From a virus (Duplodnaviria > Caudoviricetes), in the IMG/VR virus record IMGVR_UViG_3300028624_000004, positions 64,001 through 128,000 of that record: a stretch of DNA of 64,000 bases. The stretch is one strand, 5' to 3'. The notes beneath the pieces were generated by a model, which worked only from the letters and a program-made list of their open reading frames with translations, did not search any database and was not told where the DNA came from. Positions within the stretch are counted from its first letter, which is position 1, and each line of letters starts with the position of its first letter. Below are positions 46,016 to 55,546 of the stretch, piece after piece. The position numbers were made by a program, and so were the translations under genes.

Positions 46016-46687
46016 ATGTGGGGATACTACGGCTCTAAAAGCAAAATAGTCAAAAAGTATCCCGCTCCACGGTTGGATAAGATAATAGAGCCGTTTGCTG
46101 GAACTGCTCAATATAGTTTATTACACTTCGAAAAAGAAGTGACACTTGTTGAGAAATATGATGTTATTGCGAAGCTATGGAAGTGGCTACAGAGTTGCAG
46201 CAAGAGCGACATCACGGGTCTTCCTCGCTTGAAGTGCGGTGAAAATGTGGATGACTTCAAGTGGGACTGTGAAGAAGCCAAGTGGCTGGTTGGGTTCATC
46301 ATAACAGGTGCGCCATCCCAGCCCAAGAAGACGGCATCCAAGTGGAAGACGATCATTCGCCCTAATACACAGGAATACAAGCTGAAGTCTATCTCAGAGA
46401 ATCTCTACAAGATAAAACACTGGAAGATAATCCATGGTGACTATAGCGACTTGAAGAACGAGGAAGCAACTTGGTTCATAGATCCGCCTTACCAGTTTGG
46501 TGGGCAATACTATAAACACGGAAATAAAAACATTGATTTTTCTTCCCTGGCTGTATGATGTAAAGAGAGAAAGGGGCAAGTCATCGTATGTGAAAACAGC
46601 AAAGCATCTTGGCTACCCTTTTCGTCGCTTACAGAGATGCATGGCGTCAAATTCAACACAACCGAATGTATGTATCATCAAAACTAA
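46016..46687 (+). pseudogene. DNA adenine methyltransferase (Dam/D12-like) with a single in-frame TGA at 46556-46558
   Basis: YYGSK, IIEPFAG and FIDPPY motifs. The frame continues after the TGA as CKERKGQVIVCEN...WLPF to TAA 46685-46687. Confidence 0.75.
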
Positions 46688-46694
46688 GGAACAC

Positions 46695-46868
46695 ATGGAA
46701 ATAAAATACGAAATACTAACTTCCCCAGCAGTAGATGCCGATCTTTTTTATGTATATAAAATGGTATATATTAAAGGCGAGATAAAAAGCTCCCACAGGA
46801 TTTATGAATCAAAAGATATGACATCGTGCCGCAACATGATAACGGAGCTTGAAAGGAGCTTAAAGTGA
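46695..46868 (+). CDS. Hypothetical protein (MEIKYEIL...)
   Basis: AAGGA RBS before ATG 46695. Confidence 0.6.
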   Translation: MEIKYEILTSPAVDADLFYVYKMVYIKGEIKSSHRIYESKDMTSCRNMITELERSLK

Positions 46869-47254
46869 AAGTCAAGGAACTTATAGAGAGTCTCCAACGG
46901 ATGCATGACCAAGAAGCCGAAGTTGTCATTCATGTTGATCCTGGCTACGGAGCAGTAGGAGGCTCCCCGTGCGTTCCAGTATTCGGAGCCAGCAACGGCA
47001 TTGACTGGGACGCTGGTAAGGTATTCATTGACACCAAAGAGAAGCTCTATACGAACATCGAAGAAGTCCGCAAGGAAGCTGGAAAGCTCCAGAAAATACT
47101 CGGTTGGTATGTATCTTCCAAGTCAGGTGGCGGCGGCATGGACTCCAAGGGATTTAATAGGATTGTAAAACAAATGATGGAGGATATAGTAAAGGAGAAG
47201 AAACTTGAATGGCTCTGCGAGCCTCTGCCAAAGAGAACGAAAGGAACACCATGA
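46865..47254 (+). CDS. Hypothetical protein (MKVKELIE.L N-terminus)
   Basis: AGGAG RBS; common phage N-terminal motif. Confidence 0.7.
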   Translation: MKVKELIESLQRMHDQEAEVVIHVDPGYGAVGGSPCVPVFGASNGIDWDAGKVFIDTKEKLYTNIEEVRKEAGKLQKILGWYVSSKSGGGGMDSKGFNRIVKQMMEDIVKEKKLEWLCEPLPKRTKGTP

Positions 47255-47346
47255 TATTTTTAGTATTTTTCGGAGGCATTGCTATTATGATAGCAGCTTT
47301 CATATTCTTCCAGAGACAATATAATAAAAAGAAATAAGGAAACACA

Positions 47347-47844
47347 ATGATACTTCTTTACATATTTTTAGGTCTTATACTCATTGGTGGATATCTCATC
47401 TACAAGTATAATTATGACTTTAAGGGACATGGGTGGATTTATGGTTATTTGATGTTTTCGAGTGTTGTTAGCTTATTTCTATATTTTATGATATCTATGA
47501 TATTATTCAGCATACTTGCAAAGCCAGCTATAGATATTGAATGTAATATAATATCAATGACGCGGCAAACCGACTTAGAAGGAAGCTTTGTATTGGGAAC
47601 CGGATCTATACATAATGTAAGATACTACATTTATAGAGTGCAGTATAGTGATGGTGGTATTCGAGAATATACTGCGCCAATTCATCAGACTACTCTATAT
47701 GAGACTGATGACACACCAAAGATGGTTAGATATATGTGGGCAATGTCGAGAAATATAACTCTTATGCGTCGTCCAAATGAACAATATGAATATAAGTTCT
47801 ACGTTCCGAGGGGTTGTGTCGTTAAAGAATTTAACATAAACTAA
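47347..47844 (+). CDS. Membrane protein
   Basis: Two N-terminal TM helices; GSFVLGTGSI motif. Confidence 0.75.
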   Translation: MILLYIFLGLILIGGYLIYKYNYDFKGHGWIYGYLMFSSVVSLFLYFMISMILFSILAKPAIDIECNIISMTRQTDLEGSFVLGTGSIHNVRYYIYRVQYSDGGIREYTAPIHQTTLYETDDTPKMVRYMWAMSRNITLMRRPNEQYEYKFYVPRGCVVKEFNIN

Positions 47845-47854
47845 AGGAGAATAT

Positions 47855-48025
47855 ATGGCAAAATTACATACCCATTTAAAAGAGGCTTATGAGAAACTTG
47901 ATGATTTACGAGAGAGACTTGAGTTTCTTGGTCTAAAGAAGGAACAAAAGTTTCTTGAAGAAGCCAGAGAGTCGCTTAACAGATATCTTTCGGTTGTGGA
48001 GAAATTTGATAAGAGTAAGAAATGA
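47855..48025 (+). CDS. Small helical protein (56 aa), not in ORF track
   Basis: AAGGAG RBS; MAKLHTHLKEAYEKL...; ATGA overlap with the next gene. Confidence 0.65.
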   Translation: MAKLHTHLKEAYEKLDDLRERLEFLGLKKEQKFLEEARESLNRYLSVVEKFDKSKK

Positions 48026-48558
48026 AGTCCACACTCATCGTTAATCTTTTTGGAAGTCCCGGCACTGGAAAATCGACTATGGCTGGTGGCATATTCAACA
48101 TGCTTAAGACGGCAGACTACAATGTTGAGTATGTTCAGGAGTTTGCTAAGACACTGACATGGGAAAAGAATCATGTTGCTCTGTCAAACCAGTTTTATGT
48201 GTCTGGAGTTCAGAACTATACGCAGAACATGCTTCTTGGTCAGGTTCAGGCAGTCATAACAGATTCTCCAACGCTTCTTGGGCTTCTTTACTACAGAGAA
48301 CCTAATGTCAAAATCAACACGCTCTTTTATAAGTTTATGGTAGAAACCTTCAAGGCTCAGAATAACATCAACTTCTTCCTGAATCGTAAAAAGAAGTACA
48401 ATCCATCGGGGAGAAATCAAACAGAAGAAGAGTCAGACAAGATTGCCGAAAATATGCTTTCATTGCTGCGAGTCAATAAGATACCATTTGATATGGTCGA
48501 TGGAAATGACGCTGGAAAGCAGATAATATATGATAAGGTTATTGAGCGTCTGAAGTGA
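48022..48558 (+). CDS. P-loop nucleotide kinase-like (AAA_28/NadR-like) protein
   Basis: NLFGSPGTGKST Walker A; ITDSP; GRNQ. Confidence 0.8.
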   Translation: MKSTLIVNLFGSPGTGKSTMAGGIFNMLKTADYNVEYVQEFAKTLTWEKNHVALSNQFYVSGVQNYTQNMLLGQVQAVITDSPTLLGLLYYREPNVKINTLFYKFMVETFKAQNNINFFLNRKKKYNPSGRNQTEEESDKIAENMLSLLRVNKIPFDMVDGNDAGKQIIYDKVIERLK

Positions 48559-48827
48559 GAAAACATGTCTATTATCAAAGGTATAAGTGTATCTTTCTAA
48601 AGGATATTAAAAACTATAAGGCAAAAACCAAAGGGACGGCTATGTTGCTCCCCCACGGTGACGGGGATCATTGGTATCTGTCGGTTAAAGAGACAGAATC
48701 TATTCTTACACATGACGCTAAAGAAGGAATTGACTTTAAGCTTGATGTAGAGATAATAGAAGATGTAACAACACTTGCGCCGTCAGAACCAGATAAACCT
48801 GTAAAGAGAAAGAGACTAAAGAAATGA
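48555..48827 (+). CDS. Hypothetical protein
   Basis: Packed ORF. Confidence 0.55.
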   Translation: MRKHVYYQRYKCIFLKDIKNYKAKTKGTAMLLPHGDGDHWYLSVKETESILTHDAKEGIDFKLDVEIIEDVTTLAPSEPDKPVKRKRLKK

Positions 48828-49732
48828 ACGACTTCAACATTGTATCCAACGAAGAGTTTGCTCTTATAGAGAGAATGAGAAAAGAAAAACAACATGAAGA
48901 ATATAAGTATCTCCACTTGCTCAAAGATATTATGGAGAAAGGCGTTCGTTGCCCCAATAGAACAGGAGTAGATGCTCTAACACTTCCCCATGCTGTATTA
49001 TCATTTGATATGGCTAATGGGTTCCCTCTCTTTACTCATAAGAAGATGGCTACAAAAACTTTCAAGGTTGAACTTGAGGGGTTTATAAAGGGAATAACTG
49101 ATAAGAAGTGGTATCAAGATAGAGGATGTCATATTTGGGACGAGTGGTGTAACCCAACAAAAGTCAAATATGGTCACGACGCAGATACTAAAAAGAAAAT
49201 GAGAGAAGAAAATGATTTAGGAAAAATTTACGGATACCAGTGGAGGAATTTTAACTCTCAGGGGGTTGATCAACTTAAATGGATAGTTGAGGAATTAAAA
49301 AAGAATCCATCAAATAGACAACTGGTGTGTAGTGCGTGGAATCCTGTTGAGAAGGCTGAACAAGGACTACCCCCATGCCATGTTTTATGGAATGTATTCA
49401 CTACCGATAACACGCTTCATCTTTGCTGGTTTCAAAGAAGTTGCGATTTTCCGTTGGGGATTCCTGCGAATGTTATGAGCTACTCACTTCTACTTCATCT
49501 TCTTTGTAAAGAGACTGGATTGGTCCCTGGTAAGGTATCCGGATTCCTATCAAATTGCCACATATATGTTAATCAAATAGATGGTGTTAAAGAAGCATTA
49601 ACAAGACCAGTATATGATTTCCCACAGGTAAAGACCGATAAATTTACTTCAATATTTGATTGGGAAGCCAATAACACTAAATTTGATAACTATAAATGTG
49701 GCGATAAGATACCTTTCATTATTGCTGTGTGA
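48824..49732 (+). CDS. thyA: Thymidylate synthase ThyA
   Basis: NRTG, IWDEW, DLGKIYGYQWR, DQL, SAWNP, LPPCH, QRSCD..LG.P.N, HIYVNQ. Confidence 0.95.
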   Translation: MNDFNIVSNEEFALIERMRKEKQHEEYKYLHLLKDIMEKGVRCPNRTGVDALTLPHAVLSFDMANGFPLFTHKKMATKTFKVELEGFIKGITDKKWYQDRGCHIWDEWCNPTKVKYGHDADTKKKMREENDLGKIYGYQWRNFNSQGVDQLKWIVEELKKNPSNRQLVCSAWNPVEKAEQGLPPCHVLWNVFTTDNTLHLCWFQRSCDFPLGIPANVMSYSLLLHLLCKETGLVPGKVSGFLSNCHIYVNQIDGVKEALTRPVYDFPQVKTDKFTSIFDWEANNTKFDNYKCGDKIPFIIAV

Positions 49733-50498
49733 TTAGTTTGTAGTTAGGGAACTTAATTGGGTTGTTTAGTCTATTTCTTATAGATGCGACTGCACAATTA
49801 AGTTTCTTCGATGCTTCTGTAAAACTATCATAAATGACACCATCAACTTGAATTTTTATTTTATTGGTATTGTTAATTCTATTTCTCTCTATCATCATTT
49901 TTGATATCTTTTTTCTTGTTTTATTCGAGTGAGTTTTCCCAAAAAATGGATTTTGTTTGCCATTACGATCCCTACATTTACTACATGAGTTTTTGCTTTT
50001 AGTCCATTTTCTAATAGTAACGCCACAGATAGGACAAGTGTAGAATGTCGTTCCCCCGCGCCAGTTAGGGTTGCTTTCTCCGCACATATTTTCAGCGTAT
50101 TGTGACTTCTCTTCTTCCGTTTTCATATCCCATCTTCTTTGTGTAGCCACTCGTTGCTTTTCCTTTATCCCATCAATATTGGGATGATAAGAAATCAAAT
50201 CCCCACCCGAAGCCGACTTGGACATGTTGTAGCCCACTTTAACATTCCAAGGTGTGTATGTATCTAAATGATATTGTTCTTTTTCTAATAGTATCTTTTT
50301 ATTCACTTCTTCAACTATCTCAAAAATAAAACTCTTTTCTCCATATTTGTTCCATGCTCGCTGAAGGTGAATACAATGATGTCTGTTATGCCTTAGATCA
50401 CACCGATGTGTCTTCCATCTTTTCTTGATATTCACGCTGCTTCCAAGATAATATTTACCATTAACCCTATTAACTATCTTATAAATCCCACAAGTCAT
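49719..50498 (-). CDS. GIY-YIG homing endonuclease with NUMOD-type DNA-binding modules
   Basis: CGIYKI.N..NGKYYLGSS...R...H; NPFFGKTHS (NUMOD3). Overlaps the thyA 3' end antisense. Confidence 0.9.
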   Translation of the reverse strand: MTCGIYKIVNRVNGKYYLGSSVNIKKRWKTHRCDLRHNRHHCIHLQRAWNKYGEKSFIFEIVEEVNKKILLEKEQYHLDTYTPWNVKVGYNMSKSASGGDLISYHPNIDGIKEKQRVATQRRWDMKTEEEKSQYAENMCGESNPNWRGGTTFYTCPICGVTIRKWTKSKNSCSKCRDRNGKQNPFFGKTHSNKTRKKISKMMIERNRINNTNKIKIQVDGVIYDSFTEASKKLNCAVASIRNRLNNPIKFPNYKLITQQ

Positions 50499-50499
50499 T

Positions 50500-50655
50500 T
50501 CATATCTCCTTTACATTAACTCTTACATGGGCATTCAATCCAACGAACCGAAGATACTCGCTTAGTTGCTTAAACCCCAACTCATTTGCCTTTATAACCA
50601 TTCTCTCCTTTTCATCATCGGTTATGCGAATATGTACTTGTTTTTCTTTACTCAT
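50500..50655 (-). CDS. Ribbon-helix-helix (MobC/CopG-like) DNA-binding protein, 51 aa, not in ORF track
   Basis: MSKEKQVHIRITDDEKERMVIKANELGFKQLSEYLRFVGL...; AGGAGA RBS. Confidence 0.75.
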   Translation of the reverse strand: MSKEKQVHIRITDDEKERMVIKANELGFKQLSEYLRFVGLNAHVRVNVKEI

Positions 50656-50676
50656 TGTGTATCTCCTATATACACA

Positions 50677-50684
50677 TATTTATA
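50677..50684 (-). promoter_or_regulatory. T4-type late promoter motif TATAAATA
   Basis: Exact motif in a gcgTATAAATA context, as at 10574. Confidence 0.6.
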
Positions 50685-50726
50685 CGCCATCTATTGATTT
50701 ATGGAAAAAATCTTTATAATGTAAGT

Positions 50727-51050
50727 ATGACAATGACCCCTTATGACCTAACAAGCAAACAAGTCAAATTTTCCATGATTTCTCGTATGATATCGGAGTC
50801 GAGAGAAGAAACCGACCCAATTAAATTAAAGAGTTTTCGTATGAACATACAAAAATATTTAGACTATGAAGATTATAACGTAGGAGATTGGCATGAAGGA
50901 TATGTTGGGTGTTTAGAAAATTTTGAAAATAAATTAACTGATGAAATAATTGATATTTATCTTAACAATGTAAGAAGATATATCCTATCGGGATCTTCTA
51001 TCATTCCTTCAGATGAAAAGTTACTATCTTCACCGTCTTTTTTTAAGTAA
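50727..51050 (+). CDS. Hypothetical protein
   Basis: TATAAT lies 6 nt before ATG 50727. Confidence 0.6.
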   Translation: MTMTPYDLTSKQVKFSMISRMISESREETDPIKLKSFRMNIQKYLDYEDYNVGDWHEGYVGCLENFENKLTDEIIDIYLNNVRRYILSGSSIIPSDEKLLSSPSFFK

Positions 51051-51110
51051 AATACTGAGTTGTTTACGGATGTATTTTCTTAATATTATTAATTTTATCA
51101 AAGGAGTCAA

Positions 51111-51368
51111 ATGAGATACGACCTCGAAAACCTCAACCATCGCAACCTGCTTAGGGATCACGCTGCCTTGGAAGGTGACGATTGTCCCGTAGATGATATC
51201 TGTGACTCTGTTCCCGACATCCTCAACTATATATGCGTTTTAGAGGGTCAGGTAAGAAGCCTGAAGTCAAAGAATCAGAACCTCGCTGCTGCCGTTTCAA
51301 ATGCTGAAAGAAAGATAAATAACCTTAAGAGCCAAAAACAAAGGCGACTTAAGAAACGGGGAAAGTAA
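51111..51368 (+). CDS. Coiled-coil hypothetical protein
   Basis: AAGGAG RBS. Confidence 0.7.
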   Translation: MRYDLENLNHRNLLRDHAALEGDDCPVDDICDSVPDILNYICVLEGQVRSLKSKNQNLAAAVSNAERKINNLKSQKQRRLKKRGK

Positions 51369-51369
51369 C

Positions 51370-51915
51370 ATGGGCGACATTATACTGAAACAACTAAGGG
51401 AATCGTGGCTTACTTTGACAGAAGAAAAGAAGGAAGAAACTTTCTGTTACATGTTATATGTATCACCTGAAGACGAAAAACCTTTTGTAGACCTCCAAAA
51501 GAATCTTAAGTTAGATGGGGAACTTATAGAATCCGGTAAGTTTCATGCTACTGTCAGATACGTCAAATCCGAAAAAGACCCAAAACCTTTCATAGAGTTT
51601 CTGAAATCACTGGATCTTAATAACATTGAAGCAACCTGTAAGGGGTTTGAAATCTATGGCGTGGATAAAGACACACTGGTTGTTGAATTAGAAGGAAAGA
51701 AGATACACGACTGGTTCAATAAAGTCAATGATTGGTTGGTGGACCACGGATACCCTAAATCAGATTATCCAGAGTATAAGCCTCATATCTCCCTCACAGA
51801 AAAGAAAGATATAGAGAAGCCGGAATGGAAAAAAGAATACGAACAGAAAGTCAAGTTTAAGATACACGTAGTAACTGATACTGACAGAGAAGAAATATTC
51901 CGCTCCATATGCTAA
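51370..51915 (+). CDS. 2H phosphoesterase, T4 gp57B/Acb1-like
   Basis: Two H-x-T/S motifs: FHATVRY and DYPEYKPHISL. Confidence 0.75.
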   Translation: MGDIILKQLRESWLTLTEEKKEETFCYMLYVSPEDEKPFVDLQKNLKLDGELIESGKFHATVRYVKSEKDPKPFIEFLKSLDLNNIEATCKGFEIYGVDKDTLVVELEGKKIHDWFNKVNDWLVDHGYPKSDYPEYKPHISLTEKKDIEKPEWKKEYEQKVKFKIHVVTDTDREEIFRSIC

Positions 51916-51927
51916 AAAAGCATCCCC

Positions 51928-52359
51928 ATGATATATGATGATGTCAATATTAAAATTATCTCTCGTAGAGAATGGGGATTAAAAGCAGACCCAACAGAAT
52001 ATGTCTATGAAAAGCAGACCATTTTAATACGTGAAGATTATTTTTCTCAGATGAAGAAAAACAACCCATTGACACATCACTGGTTCGTCCACGAATTTGC
52101 CCACCATATTCAATTGAAGTCAATGGGTATTGATTATATAAAAGAAGATAAGAGTTTATATCCGGATAATAAAGTAGAAAGATATGCCTTTGCTTATCAA
52201 TTCTACTATCTCATGGAAAATAAATGCTGTCAAACAATCCAAGAGTTATTTGACCGGGATCATTTTTTCCGGCAGAAGAGAATATACGCTAATCAGCTAA
52301 CATATTATTGGAATAATGCTAATTTTATACTTGGCGATTTACCAATAAAAACATCTTGA
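51928..52359 (+). CDS. HExxH zinc metallopeptidase-like protein
   Basis: VHEFAHH...VERYA. Confidence 0.6.
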   Translation: MIYDDVNIKIISRREWGLKADPTEYVYEKQTILIREDYFSQMKKNNPLTHHWFVHEFAHHIQLKSMGIDYIKEDKSLYPDNKVERYAFAYQFYYLMENKCCQTIQELFDRDHFFRQKRIYANQLTYYWNNANFILGDLPIKTS

Positions 52360-52390
52360 CTTGCGAAATAATATTGTCATAATGGTGGTC

Positions 52391-52582
52391 ATGGTACATT
52401 CACTATTGTCTGAACTAGCATCTGACCTAAATATTGACGATAACATTATAATGAATATTATAGAAAACTCTATAGATTTCAATAGCTTCTATATCAAGAT
52501 TAAAACCCTGTATCCAGAAGTATCTGCCAATGTCTGTTTAGATGCGTGGGCTGCACATTGGGAAACCTATTCACGATCATAA
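52391..52582 (+). CDS. Hypothetical protein
   Basis: TTGACT-16-CATAAT promoter ends 7 nt before the ATG. Confidence 0.55.
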   Translation: MVHSLLSELASDLNIDDNIIMNIIENSIDFNSFYIKIKTLYPEVSANVCLDAWAAHWETYSRS

Positions 52583-52592
52583 AGGAAATGAC

Positions 52593-52904
52593 ATGAGTGA
52601 CTTAGATGATATTATCCACGTTAGTGTCCATAAGGAAGATGTAAATAGTCTTCCAAAGACCGTTCAGAAGTTTGTAAGTGATTACTCTGATATTGAATTC
52701 TATCCAGAAGGTTTGAAGAAGGGAAAGAAATTCAATAAGGTCATGGAGTTCAAGCGACTTCTCAAGGAACTTGAAAGTGTCAGAAGTAAAAACAACGGGG
52801 AAGAAAGTAATATTGAGTGTATCGTATATGACCAACTTCAGGAGCTTATGCATCGCATGATGCTTTCGGAGCTTAGGGAATTGAACCTTGAAAGGCTTAA
52901 ATAA
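52593..52904 (+). CDS. Hypothetical protein
   Basis: AAGGA RBS. Confidence 0.65.
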   Translation: MSDLDDIIHVSVHKEDVNSLPKTVQKFVSDYSDIEFYPEGLKKGKKFNKVMEFKRLLKELESVRSKNNGEESNIECIVYDQLQELMHRMMLSELRELNLERLK

Positions 52905-52905
52905 T

Positions 52906-53937
52906 ATGAAAACAATAATCCACTTACCATCCTGGGAGGCTATACAGCGAGTCCCCAATGATCTTATTGCGATATCACACTTGATTACTTATAGTGTCCA
53001 GACCATGAACGGGGAATATGCTCCCCGTGTTGTTGTCTATAAGACTCGCAACGGGATGCAGGGACATCATATTTCCCATGAACAGCTTCAGATTCTTCAA
53101 GATGCTGTATTGAATGACAAGCCACTGCCAGAGTTTATGAAGTCAAACTGGCAGAAGGCTCAAGAGATATGTGACGAGTTGAAAGAATGCAGAAATAGCA
53201 ACTCGCATAAGACAATTCAGAGTCGCTTAAAGAAACTTGAGAGTGACTTATTTCCGCCGGGACATTACTATGACATCACTAGCGTCAATGTCCCCACAAA
53301 TAAAGATAGACTTTCAATAATAGAAAAAAAGTTAGGTGTTGTTCAGTCGCCTGGAGATGATTTAGGTCGCTTGGAGAATTGCGAGTTTCACTTGAAGAAT
53401 ACATACTGGAGACTGAGGAAACTTGACGATGAGATTTATCCAACTAAAAAAGATGTAGAGGGTATGCCAGCCACCATTACATATGATGGTTGGATGAAGC
53501 GGTTGGAAGAGAAACTTGGTGTAGATTTAGCATTTACCAGTATTGACCATCGCTTGAGGAATATAGAGAAAGCTTGGAGAGAAAAGCAATCAAGAGAGTG
53601 GCACTATGGTAGTAAAGATAAAATGCCATATACCAACTATACTCCATATGTTCCCCGTTGCATAAAGCACCAACAGGCATTTCAAGATGGCTTTCGAGAT
53701 GGCTTTCGAGATGGCTTACAGGAGAAGTTTGGGAATAAAACTTGTAAGTATAACGTAGGCGACACTTTGGAGTTTCATACCGAGAGGGGAAAAGTAATCA
53801 AGACAATCGGGCGTGTTGGTTCATTATATCTCTTTACTGATGGTACATCGGAATGTAGCGATTGGGTCGATAAAAATACTTGTAGTATCTGTAAAGTAAC
53901 CCCACTAAAACCATTTACTCCCGAATTCTCCTGCTAA
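52906..53937 (+). CDS. Hypothetical protein with RLxxLE repeats
   Basis: Long ORF. Confidence 0.65.
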   Translation: MKTIIHLPSWEAIQRVPNDLIAISHLITYSVQTMNGEYAPRVVVYKTRNGMQGHHISHEQLQILQDAVLNDKPLPEFMKSNWQKAQEICDELKECRNSNSHKTIQSRLKKLESDLFPPGHYYDITSVNVPTNKDRLSIIEKKLGVVQSPGDDLGRLENCEFHLKNTYWRLRKLDDEIYPTKKDVEGMPATITYDGWMKRLEEKLGVDLAFTSIDHRLRNIEKAWREKQSREWHYGSKDKMPYTNYTPYVPRCIKHQQAFQDGFRDGFRDGLQEKFGNKTCKYNVGDTLEFHTERGKVIKTIGRVGSLYLFTDGTSECSDWVDKNTCSICKVTPLKPFTPEFSC

Positions 53938-53938
53938 T

Positions 53939-54700
53939 ATGCATTACCGCTCCTTATTCGTATCCGATATACACCTTGGCACCCGCCAATGCCGTGTAGA
54001 GTATCTTTTAAAGTTTATTCATGACAATACCTTTGATAATGTGTTTCTCATAGGAGACATTATAGACATTCAAGCAATGTCGCATAAATGGTATTGGGCG
54101 AAGGAACACAACACATTCGTTCAGAAGATATTGAGATTGGCAAGAAAGCAAACCTCCGTTTATTACATTGTTGGAAACCATGATGAAGCACTAAGAGACT
54201 TTTTGGAGAAAGGAATGCATTTTTCTTTTGGCGACATCCGTGTATGTAATGAATATGAATACAAGAGTGTTTCTGGGAAGAATGTATTGCTGCTCCATGG
54301 TGATGAATTTGACGGGGCTTTTAGGTCGATGGGGTGGTTATATTTTTTTGGAGATAGAGCGTATGAAATCTGCCTCTCCTTGAATTCGATTTATAACTGG
54401 TGGAGAAGAAAGTTCGGAATGGGATATTGGTCACTGTCGTCATATCTCAAGTCAAAGGTAAAGTCAGCAATGCAATCAGTTAATAACTTCGATGAGTTGG
54501 TAGTTAGGCGGTGCATTATATCAGGGAGTGACATTTTGATTTACGGACATTCGCACACCCCAGGGATGAAAAAAATAAAATCAAAATATCTTTTGAATAC
54601 TGGCGATCAAGTAGAAAATTTCACTTGCATTGTAGAAACTGAAGAAGGAAAATTTCAATTGATTAAGATGACAGATGGTAGTATCGTTGGGGAAGCATAA
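53939..54700 (+). CDS. Metallophosphoesterase, UDP-2,3-diacylglucosamine diphosphatase (LpxH-like) family
   Basis: FVSDIHLG, LIGDIID, GNHD, HGDEFD, YGHSH.P, NTGD. Confidence 0.85.
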   Translation: MHYRSLFVSDIHLGTRQCRVEYLLKFIHDNTFDNVFLIGDIIDIQAMSHKWYWAKEHNTFVQKILRLARKQTSVYYIVGNHDEALRDFLEKGMHFSFGDIRVCNEYEYKSVSGKNVLLLHGDEFDGAFRSMGWLYFFGDRAYEICLSLNSIYNWWRRKFGMGYWSLSSYLKSKVKSAMQSVNNFDELVVRRCIISGSDILIYGHSHTPGMKKIKSKYLLNTGDQVENFTCIVETEEGKFQLIKMTDGSIVGEA

Positions 54701-54709
54701 AGGAACCTA

Positions 54710-54922
54710 ATGCCCTCCAACTCCAACCATGTCTGCTTCGACTGTCGGGTTACTTTTAAGCATACGGGAGCATGTCCCCATTGTCATAGGAGTCTTATCA
54801 GTTGCGGGAAGCAATGGCGGTTCCCCAAAAAGTCTGATATAAAGGGCTGGAAGAAGACATTTGAGTTGGTCATGAAGAATCCATACTTTAAGGAAATATA
54901 TGAGAATAGGAGTAGTGAATGA
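54710..54922 (+). CDS. Zinc-ribbon protein
   Basis: CFDCR..FK...CPHC...G..WRFPKK.D...W. Confidence 0.7.
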   Translation: MPSNSNHVCFDCRVTFKHTGACPHCHRSLISCGKQWRFPKKSDIKGWKKTFELVMKNPYFKEIYENRSSE

Positions 54923-55146
54923 ACGAAATAATATGGACACCGATAATGTCAAATACTATGGGAGTATTTGGATATAAGCCAATGAGACTTATTAAATATA
55001 GCAATGAATGTTATTACAAACTTCCTCTTATTGATATGGGATATAGTGGTCATAGATACACACCATCCGATGATCGCCCGTTATTTAACACAGAAGAAGC
55101 ATGCCAGAAGTGGTGTGATGAAGAGAACACAAAGGAAACCAAATGA
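54919..55146 (+). CDS. Hypothetical protein
   Basis: AGGAG RBS; ATGA overlaps. Confidence 0.6.
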   Translation: MNEIIWTPIMSNTMGVFGYKPMRLIKYSNECYYKLPLIDMGYSGHRYTPSDDRPLFNTEEACQKWCDEENTKETK

Positions 55147-55361
55147 AACCTCTCCCAAAACGAATCACAAACAAAATTTTATCTAATAAGAAACTTTCGG
55201 AGAATGATGCTGTCCAATTATGTATGTGGGGATATTTTGGCATCGCCGGCAGTCTTAAAAGAAATAGACAAAATAACTTCACACATTGTGGCGCAGGCAT
55301 TGAATGTGCCTTGAGAGAGGCATATCAACACGGTAGAGATTCTGTAAAGGAAACTAAATGA
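55143..55361 (+). CDS. Hypothetical protein
   Basis: AAGGA RBS; ATGA overlaps. Confidence 0.6.
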   Translation: MKPLPKRITNKILSNKKLSENDAVQLCMWGYFGIAGSLKRNRQNNFTHCGAGIECALREAYQHGRDSVKETK

Positions 55362-55546
55362 AACCGACTCAAGAGCAAATTGACCGAGCCGTAGAGCTAC
55401 GGGAAGAGATTATCAGCATATCCCGAGCCATTGATGCTATGGGAGTAACCGCAGCAGACTTGAGACATGCTCAGATCAAGCTGAGTTCCGCCGAAAGGGG
55501 CATGGATGACTTTATAGCCAAGGCACAGAGAGGGGAGATAGAATAA
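55358..55546 (+). CDS. Hypothetical protein
   Basis: AAGGA RBS. Confidence 0.6.
   Translation: MKPTQEQIDRAVELREEIISISRAIDAMGVTAADLRHAQIKLSSAERGMDDFIAKAQRGEIE

Noticed and set aside
46497-46694. Frameshift model or N-terminal part of the 46497 ORF
   Set aside because: The methyltransferase continues in its own frame past the TGA, and the downstream gene has its own RBS and ATG at 46695.
53680-53716. 12-bp tandem repeat (FQDG-FRDG-FRDG)
   Set aside because: Short in-frame coding duplication with no evident regulatory role.
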